This document shows, one piece after another, positions 34,708-40,453 of a DNA stretch of 40,453 nt. Both the position numbers and the translations under genes were made by a program. Origin of the DNA: a virus (taxonomy: Duplodnaviria; Caudoviricetes); the IMG/VR virus record IMGVR_UViG_3300017700_000500, positions 1-40,453 of that record, one strand, 5' to 3'. Within the stretch, counting starts at the first letter, position 1. The number at the start of each line of letters is the position of its first letter. The notes beneath the pieces were generated by a model. The model worked only from the letters and a program-made list of their open reading frames with translations, searched no databases and was not told the origin of the DNA.

Positions 34708-34760
34708 AGCAAACTATTTTGCCTTGCCCTATTGCGCGACTGCAAACTTCTTTGCATAAT
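34708..34760 (+). promoter_or_regulatory. OL/PL-like: two operators and a sigma70 promoter
   Basis: AGCAAACTATTTTGCC 34708-34723, TGCAAACTTCTTTGCA 34741-34756; TTGCGC-17-CATAAT. Confidence 0.85.
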
Positions 34761-34829
34761 TCATTCATCGCGGCGAGAAACCAAACATACCGCAGCGATG
34801 TTTTGTCAACAACCTACTTGGAGAAACAA

Positions 34830-35042
34830 ATGGCAATTGCCCTCGACAGCCACATCCCCGTACCAACTGGCCGCAACAAGCACAGCGAAGTTCGTGCCGC
34901 GCTCAAGGCGATGGAGGTGGGCCAGTCCTTCATCACCAAAAGCCCCCCCACGATTTACGCATACGGCAAAGAAATCCAGCCGCCGCGCAAGTTTGTCATC
35001 CGCAAGGAAGGCAAGGCTTTTCGCTGCTGGCGCGCTTCGTAA
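34830..35042 (+). CDS. First PL gene, small basic protein, paralog of 30024-30257
   Basis: GGAG RBS; MEVGQSF...RKF..RKEG..FRCWR. Confidence 0.75.
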   Translation: MAIALDSHIPVPTGRNKHSEVRAALKAMEVGQSFITKSPPTIYAYGKEIQPPRKFVIRKEGKAFRCWRAS

Positions 35043-35175
35043 GAGGCGCCACCCTGAAGCGTAGTTGATCTGCGCTTTGGAGTGGATGACCACTAACACC
35101 ACCAAAAACCACGAGGCAAAGCCCTCGACGCGGATTGAGGCGGTGGATGGCTAGTAACTAACTCTGGAGAAAAGC

Positions 35176-35448
35176 ATGAAGAAGTTCGCAGGAAACAAAA
35201 CCCTCGCGCAGATCAAGGCCCAGTGCAAGGCTGCCGGCATCGAGTTTGACGACAGCCGATACAAAAAGGGCGATGACCACGTTGCCATCCGCTCACCCGG
35301 CGTGATGGTGCTGTTCAGCTCATTCAATGGCCGGTTTTTTGGCAACACGCCAGACGGCCAAGAGTTCAGCTCCGACGACGAGCTGGACGGTACGCCTTGG
35401 TTTGACCGGCTCCTGAGCTTCTTCTATGTCGAGAAGGCATCCGCCTAA
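35176..35448 (+). CDS. Hypothetical protein
   Basis: GGAG RBS. Confidence 0.7.
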   Translation: MKKFAGNKTLAQIKAQCKAAGIEFDDSRYKKGDDHVAIRSPGVMVLFSSFNGRFFGNTPDGQEFSSDDELDGTPWFDRLLSFFYVEKASA

Positions 35449-35492
35449 CCCCTCTTGGGGCGAGATTGATTGAACAACAGTAGGAGAGATAC

Positions 35493-36014
35493 ATGAACGC
35501 AATTCAAGACCATTTGGTCAACGCTGACTCCGGCGGGGCAACGCAGCGCGTTATCGAGGGCGTAGCACCTCCACCGGCACCCAAGCGCACCGATGCAATG
35601 GTGAAGGCCGCAGTTGTCGCCTACATCGAACGTCACTCGCTCCACCGCTGGGGCGTCCCCGATGAAGCCGCTAGCGACATTGCGGAGACATGGCGCCTCG
35701 GAATGGATGGCTATGAGCTTGCAAAAGCGCTGGAGTACGACTTTGGCTGGGATGGTCTTTGCCTCCAGGACGCGGAAGACTTGGACAGCATCGATTCGGT
35801 TGTACGGGACGCTGAAGAAGAGGCGCGCAAGGCTTGGGTCGCCGAATGGGACATAAAGCCGCCTTACCCCATCGGCACAAAGCTAACACGAGGGGTAATC
35901 GCTTCCGTAAGCGACTACATGTCGGCCACCTACCTCGTCAAAGAGAACGGTTGCACGCATGAGGGCCGCCACTTGGTGGTCAAGTTTGAAGACGCGAAAC
36001 CAGTCGCAGCCTAA
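35493..36014 (+). CDS. Hypothetical protein
   Basis: AGGAG RBS; DGYELAKALE motif. Confidence 0.7.
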   Translation: MNAIQDHLVNADSGGATQRVIEGVAPPPAPKRTDAMVKAAVVAYIERHSLHRWGVPDEAASDIAETWRLGMDGYELAKALEYDFGWDGLCLQDAEDLDSIDSVVRDAEEEARKAWVAEWDIKPPYPIGTKLTRGVIASVSDYMSATYLVKENGCTHEGRHLVVKFEDAKPVAA

Positions 36015-36032
36015 CCCCCAAGGGAGCAGAGC

Positions 36033-36326
36033 ATGAATAACGATTCTGGTTTGGGTGGTGGGGGTCTGTGCCGTACAGATGGTCGCTGCCAGTACGCGAT
36101 TGATCACGGCGCCGAAGGTATGGGCCATTGCCCCGCAGGTAAATGCGCAATGCCCGCCGCTGACGAGGAAGAGATTGATCAGTACGGCAATCCGACCAGC
36201 GGCGATTCGCTGCCCTACTGCTGCTTTCCTGATTGCGGCTGTGATGGCGCCCGCTTGTGCATGGCTGAAAGCGGACCGAACGCTGCGAGTTGCGCAATCA
36301 ACATTGAGCGCGGGAGTCTGTCATGA
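36033..36326 (+). CDS. Cys-rich hypothetical protein
   Basis: GGGAG RBS; YCCFPDCGCDGARLC. Confidence 0.65.
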   Translation: MNNDSGLGGGGLCRTDGRCQYAIDHGAEGMGHCPAGKCAMPAADEEEIDQYGNPTSGDSLPYCCFPDCGCDGARLCMAESGPNAASCAINIERGSLS

Positions 36327-36634
36327 CCCACCAAGCCGCCCGCACAGCGTCCCATGCGCTGACCTCGTTTAACGACGATGACGTTTACATCTACCGCGCA
36401 GCCAGCCGTGAGCTGGTCCGAACGATCAGCTGCAAGGACTCGCAAGTCCGTGACTCGCATTACATCGGCCTTCGCGTGAATGCTGGTGAATCGTGGGCTA
36501 AGGGCATGGAGGCGAAGTCGCTGGGGTTGTGGACTGGCAAACAAATCCAGGCTGAGCCTCTCACCCCTGCAGATCACGCCCTTGCTGCTGGTATTGCAGC
36601 TATTCGCAAACCTTTGGAGATGACTCATGGCTGA
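36323..36634 (+). CDS. Hypothetical protein
   Basis: ATGA-coupled. Confidence 0.65.
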   Translation: MTHQAARTASHALTSFNDDDVYIYRAASRELVRTISCKDSQVRDSHYIGLRVNAGESWAKGMEAKSLGLWTGKQIQAEPLTPADHALAAGIAAIRKPLEMTHG

Positions 36635-36938
36635 TTCTTTTCATTCTGCTAACGCTGACGCCAGCCGAGTGCAAGGGCATACGCCGGGGCCTTGGACGAT
36701 CAATGAGCACGGCACGATTTTGGCGAACGGCCACACGCTACTGGTAACCGGTGTGGGCCTTGCAAGCGGCCCAGCCGATTCCGTTGCACAAGAGCGCGCC
36801 AACGCCCGTCTGATCGCCGCTGCGCCTGAGTTGCTGGAGGCGCTGATTGCTGAGCGCGACGCACTGACCGCACTGGACCGGCTGGCCGCATTCAACAAGA
36901 CCGCAGCAGCCATCGCCAAAGCCACAGGTGCCGCATGA
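36627..36938 (+). CDS. HTPGPW/NARLIAAAPELL-type phage early protein
   Basis: Both motifs present; GGAG RBS. Confidence 0.75.
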   Translation: MADSFHSANADASRVQGHTPGPWTINEHGTILANGHTLLVTGVGLASGPADSVAQERANARLIAAAPELLEALIAERDALTALDRLAAFNKTAAAIAKATGAA

Positions 36939-37025
36939 ACCGCCCCATCCCAACCCAGCCGCACCCATTGCTGAGCAAGCTGCGAATTTTGATTGCGGAT
37001 GCTTTCCGCGCTTTCTGGAGGAAGT

Positions 37026-37200
37026 GATGCACAACGACACAACCAGGATGTTCCCGCGCTCTGCGGTGGACGCATTCAAAGGTCCTGACTACCGCAATTC
37101 GATTGAGGGGCCAGTCAAGCGCAAATCCGCGCCTTACACCGCAGTTGGCTGGACGCTTGCCATCGCCGCTGCTTTTCTCCTTGGAGGGCTTTTGACATGA
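37026..37200 (+). CDS. Small protein with a C-terminal TM (start approximate)
   Basis: GGAGG RBS; FPRSAVDAF motif; ATGA-coupled to the next gene. Confidence 0.5.
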
Positions 37201-37439
37201 GCAAGAAATTGACGCCGTGGTTTCCGCCGACCGTGAAGCCGCCCCATGTTGGGGTCTATGAGGTCATTCTTTTGGTCGGCTCGCGCGATTTTGATCAAGT
37301 GCGCCCCGATGGATTTGCGTACTGGAACGGAAGGTCATGGGGCTGGAACAGTGATACGGCAGATTTCGCAGCAACGAGTGGAAATGTGAAGGGCTCGTGC
37401 CAAGCCAAAAAGTGGCGCGGACTGGCGGTGAAGCCATGA
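37197..37439 (+). CDS. Hypothetical protein
   Basis: LTPWFP..KP..GVYEV...YWNG..W...WRGL. Confidence 0.65.
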   Translation: MSKKLTPWFPPTVKPPHVGVYEVILLVGSRDFDQVRPDGFAYWNGRSWGWNSDTADFAATSGNVKGSCQAKKWRGLAVKP

Positions 37440-37690
37440 CCTGCTGCACCTACAAATGCACTGGCGGCAAAGACTGCCCCGTCCGCGAGCGCGCCTATCA
37501 CAAAGCCGCAGAAAAGCACTTCAGGCCTGACTACCCGCTGCATGTCGTGATGTTCGATGCGCCAGGCAATTCAATGGACGACTTCGCCCGGTGGTGGGGC
37601 AACCGTACATGGTGGGAGCAAGCCGGGTACGTGTTTGGAATCGTGGGCGCTTGCTGCCTTACTGCTTGGTGGATTGTGGGGCCGAAATGA
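37436..37690 (+). CDS. Small Cys-rich protein with a C-terminal TM
   Basis: MTCC..C.GG.DCP; ATGA-coupled. Confidence 0.6.
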   Translation: MTCCTYKCTGGKDCPVRERAYHKAAEKHFRPDYPLHVVMFDAPGNSMDDFARWWGNRTWWEQAGYVFGIVGACCLTAWWIVGPK

Positions 37691-37730
37691 GCCGCCATTT
37701 TCGGAAAACTTTTTTTAACCAAGGAATGAA

Positions 37731-38666
37731 ATGAACAACCTTCAAGTAATCACCGACGACATTTACGGCACCCGCGAAATGTTCACATCCGTTGTGTCTG
37801 ACAAAGATATCAACTTTGAGCGCGAGGCGGGCTTTGCGATCCAGGCGTTGTCCAAAACGGATTACTCCCTGCAAATCGCCATCAATGCGCGTCAGTCGGT
37901 GATAGACGCCGTGACCAACATTGCCGCCATTGGGATCAGTTTGAATCCTGCCAAAAAACAGGCGTATCTGGTGCCCCGTGACGGCAAGATTTGCTTGGAT
38001 ATCAGCTACATGGGGCTGATGGACTTAGCGATGGCTACGGGGTCCATCAAATGGGCTCAGGCCGCGCTGGTTTACGCCAAAGATGGCTTCACCCTCAACG
38101 GGTTCGACAAGCCGCCAGAACATCATTTCAACCCGTTTGATTCCGACCGGGGGGCCATTGTTGGCGTGTATGTAGTAGTTAAGACAGCAGACGGCGAATA
38201 TCTCACGCACACGATGACTTATGAACAGGCCGTCGCCATCCGTGACCGTTCGCAGGCGTGGAAGTCTTACAAGGCCGGGAAAGCAAAGACTCCCGGTCCT
38301 TGGGGCACCGATGAGGGGGAAATGATCAAAAAGACCTGCGTGAAACAGGCCTACAAGTACTGGCCCAAAACCGATCGGCTGGAGCAGGCGATTCATCACC
38401 TGAACACAGAAGGCGCCGAAGGCGTTGTGACCATCAATGCCGAACCAGCCGCCCCCGTGATATCTGCCGAACTACTCAAGCAGGCTCGCGACGCGGCCAT
38501 GGGCGGCAGCGCCTCCTATGCCGAGTTTTTCCAAAAGACCGGCAAGGCGAATCGCAAGTTGCTGGCAGCGGAACATGAGGGACTTAAAGCCGTAGCTCGC
38601 CGAGCCGATGCGCCAATTGCAGACATTCAGGACGTGGAGGCCAAAGCCCCGGAGACAGTCGAATGA
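37731..38666 (+). CDS. recT: RecT-family single-strand annealing protein
   Basis: GISLNPAKKQAYLVP, ISYMGL, PW.TD.GEM.KKT. Confidence 0.9.
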   Translation: MNNLQVITDDIYGTREMFTSVVSDKDINFEREAGFAIQALSKTDYSLQIAINARQSVIDAVTNIAAIGISLNPAKKQAYLVPRDGKICLDISYMGLMDLAMATGSIKWAQAALVYAKDGFTLNGFDKPPEHHFNPFDSDRGAIVGVYVVVKTADGEYLTHTMTYEQAVAIRDRSQAWKSYKAGKAKTPGPWGTDEGEMIKKTCVKQAYKYWPKTDRLEQAIHHLNTEGAEGVVTINAEPAAPVISAELLKQARDAAMGGSASYAEFFQKTGKANRKLLAAEHEGLKAVARRADAPIADIQDVEAKAPETVE

Positions 38667-39301
38667 AAACCATCGACTGTGCGCAGGGCACGACCGAATG
38701 GCACGCAGCCAGGGCCGGGGTTTGCACCGCGAGCCGCTTCGCTGACGTAATGGCGAAGGTAAAGAGTGGCGAAGCGGCAGGCCGGCGCAACTACCGCGTT
38801 GATCTGGTGGTTGAAACCCTGACCGGCAGGCCGCTGGATGGCTTCACCAATGCAGCGATGCGCCAGGGCATCGAGCGCGAGCCAATGGCGCGGCTGGCTT
38901 ATGAGACAGAAACAGGGCTGTCGGTTGAACAGGTTGGTTTTCTGATGCACGACAGCTTGCGCGCAGGGGCTTCGCCTGACGGCCTTATTGGCGCCGCTGG
39001 CGGGCTTGAAATCAAGTGCCCGGAGCGGTCGGCGCATCTAACCTACCTGAAGCAAACCGCAGAGCCTCCTGAGTACACATGGCAGATCCAGGGCGGCATG
39101 TGGATTACGGGACGGGAGTGGTGGGACTTTGTGAGCTGGAACCCGGACTTCCCGGAAGGCCTGCAATTGATCGTCCGCCGCATCCCACGCGATGACAAGG
39201 CCATTGCAACGCTGGCTATTGAGGTCAAGGCGTTCATGGAAGAGGTTGATAACGAAGTTGAACAAATGAGCCGTCTGGCAGAACAGGAAACCGCATGTTG
39301 A
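38663..39301 (+). CDS. Lambda-exonuclease/YqaJ family exonuclease
   Basis: QGT.EW..AR...TAS, GASPDGL, LEIKCP, WQIQG. Confidence 0.92.
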   Translation: MKTIDCAQGTTEWHAARAGVCTASRFADVMAKVKSGEAAGRRNYRVDLVVETLTGRPLDGFTNAAMRQGIEREPMARLAYETETGLSVEQVGFLMHDSLRAGASPDGLIGAAGGLEIKCPERSAHLTYLKQTAEPPEYTWQIQGGMWITGREWWDFVSWNPDFPEGLQLIVRRIPRDDKAIATLAIEVKAFMEEVDNEVEQMSRLAEQETAC

Positions 39302-39708
39302 ATCAAGTACAGATCATTGGGCACCTTGGACGCGATCCGGAAACCCGCTACCTGCCCAGCGGTGACGCTGTGTGCAACTTCTCCATTGCCACTACTGAGA
39401 AGTGGAAAGACAAGGCGACCGGAGAGGCCAAGGAACACACGGAATGGCACCGCGTAGGGGCGTTCGGAAAGCTGGCGGAGATATGCGGTCAGTACCTCAA
39501 AAAGGGCTCACTTGCCTTTGTGCAGGGAAAGATCCAGACACGCAAGTACACCGACAAAGACGGCGTTGAAAAGTTCAGCACTGAAATCAAGGCCGACCAG
39601 ATGCGGATGCTGGGCGGCAAGCCAGAGGGCCAGGAGCCGCGTCCCACCGCGATGACGCCTAGCCCGAGCAATCCGGCTTTTGACGACGGCGACGACATAG
39701 CTTTTTGA
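39295..39708 (+). CDS. ssb: Single-stranded DNA-binding protein
   Basis: LNQVQIIGHLGRDPE, TEWHRV, acidic tail DDIAF. Confidence 0.95.
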   Translation: MLNQVQIIGHLGRDPETRYLPSGDAVCNFSIATTEKWKDKATGEAKEHTEWHRVGAFGKLAEICGQYLKKGSLAFVQGKIQTRKYTDKDGVEKFSTEIKADQMRMLGGKPEGQEPRPTAMTPSPSNPAFDDGDDIAF

Positions 39709-39816
39709 TTACGGGACCACTCCAGCCAACAGAACGCCAACGCCGAACCGTAAGCCTAGTAAGCCGATGGCCGGATGACGGCTGGAGTCCCACCCTAACC
39801 TTTTGGAGATTGAGAA

Positions 39817-40227
39817 ATGAAAGTTGTTATCAACAAGTGCTTTGGCGGTTTTGGTCTTAGCGAAAAAGCCATCCATCGCTACGCTGAAATCAAGGGTCTG
39901 ACGCTGTATCCCGAAAAGGGCGACTTCAGTTTCACCACTTATTACCTTGTGCCGAAGGGTAAACGCGTGCCGCCAATCGACTGGCACAACGCAACATTAG
40001 CGGAGCGCAAGGCCCACAACGAAGCGTCAAGCAACGAAAGTCTGTACGACCGCGATATTGACCGTGCCGATCCGGCGCTGGCTCAAGTAGTGGAGGAGCT
40101 TGGCACCGAGGCAAACGGCATGTACGCCGAACTGGCGGTTGTTGAAGTACCTGATGGGACCAGTTACGAAATCAGCGAATACGACGGGCGCGAACATATC
40201 GCCGAAACGCACAGGACCTGGGGTTGA
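39817..40227 (+). CDS. Conserved phage hypothetical protein
   Basis: MKVVINKCFGGFGLS...R.DP.L.QVVEELG...YDG.E; GGAG RBS. Confidence 0.8.
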   Translation: MKVVINKCFGGFGLSEKAIHRYAEIKGLTLYPEKGDFSFTTYYLVPKGKRVPPIDWHNATLAERKAHNEASSNESLYDRDIDRADPALAQVVEELGTEANGMYAELAVVEVPDGTSYEISEYDGREHIAETHRTWG

Positions 40228-40282
40228 CCGCCATTAATGCACGCGGCGAGTTCAAGCGTTAGCCAAATGAAAAGGAAACATC

Positions 40283-40441
40283 GTGAACCACAGAGACAGG
40301 GTAGAGGCTAACAAAGCCAAGCACGCACCGCCCCCTGAATTCGACTACGAGTTTTGGGAAAAGTTGGAGCAAGCGGTGAAAGACAAGGCAGACAACCGAG
40401 ATAACCAGGGAGCCAGTGATGGACGCAATACTGAAGATTGA
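40283..40441 (+). CDS. 52-aa ORF spanning the circular junction
   Basis: Translated by hand; AAGGA RBS before the GTG. Confidence 0.45.
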   Translation: MNHRDRVEANKAKHAPPPEFDYEFWEKLEQAVKDKADNRDNQGASDGRNTED

Positions 40442-40453
40442 GGCGGCTTTGGC
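40331..40453. repeat. Terminal direct repeat, copy 2
   Basis: Identical to 1-123. Confidence 0.95.

Noticed and set aside
35109-35146. c-di-GMP-I riboswitch (GCAAAGCC seen)
   Set aside because: The GGCAAACC...GAAA...GGACGCAAA arrangement is not present.
35465-35481. LexA box
   Set aside because: Has an ACAG half-site but no CTGT at the correct spacing.
40331-40453. Biological terminal repeat of the virion DNA
   Set aside because: It falls mid-operon, far from the terminase genes; most simply an assembler overlap of a circular or permuted genome.
1-40453. CRISPR array, reverse transcriptase/DGR, retron or IS element
   Set aside because: No regular repeat-spacer array, RT motif, template/variable repeat pair or transposase was seen by eye.

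Overview
The window is a complete, circularly closed temperate phage genome of about 40,330 bp; bases 1-123 are repeated exactly at 40331-40453. It combines a lambdoid regulatory layout with a podovirus-type virion module, and the host is probably a Betaproteobacterium (inference). The + strand early arm runs from a promoter near 34732 through RecT, exonuclease and SSB, wraps through position 1, passes mosaic Ead/Ea22-like genes and a methyltransferase, and ends in xis-int and an attP carrying the 3' half of tRNA-His. The - strand carries cro, a cII-like gene, a C5 methyltransferase, a replication initiator, nin-like genes, a Q-like gene, HNH, terminase, portal, scaffold, capsid, tail/ejection genes, two receptor-binding proteins and lysis genes (holin, endolysin, Rz/Rz1). 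The most striking observation is that the C5 methyltransferase locus is dual-coding over about 720 nt, with motif IX and probably the target-recognition region in a second, coterminal frame (M.EcoHK31I-like alpha/beta split). Other candidates: a SymR-like antisense RNA over the HNH start, GNGA-tetraloop hairpins before five head/packaging genes, morons (alarmone-hydrolase-like HD protein, 33-aa membrane peptide, PseH-like GNAT), and a 45-nt coding module shared by two distant early genes. All calls come from reading motifs by eye; no searches were run.
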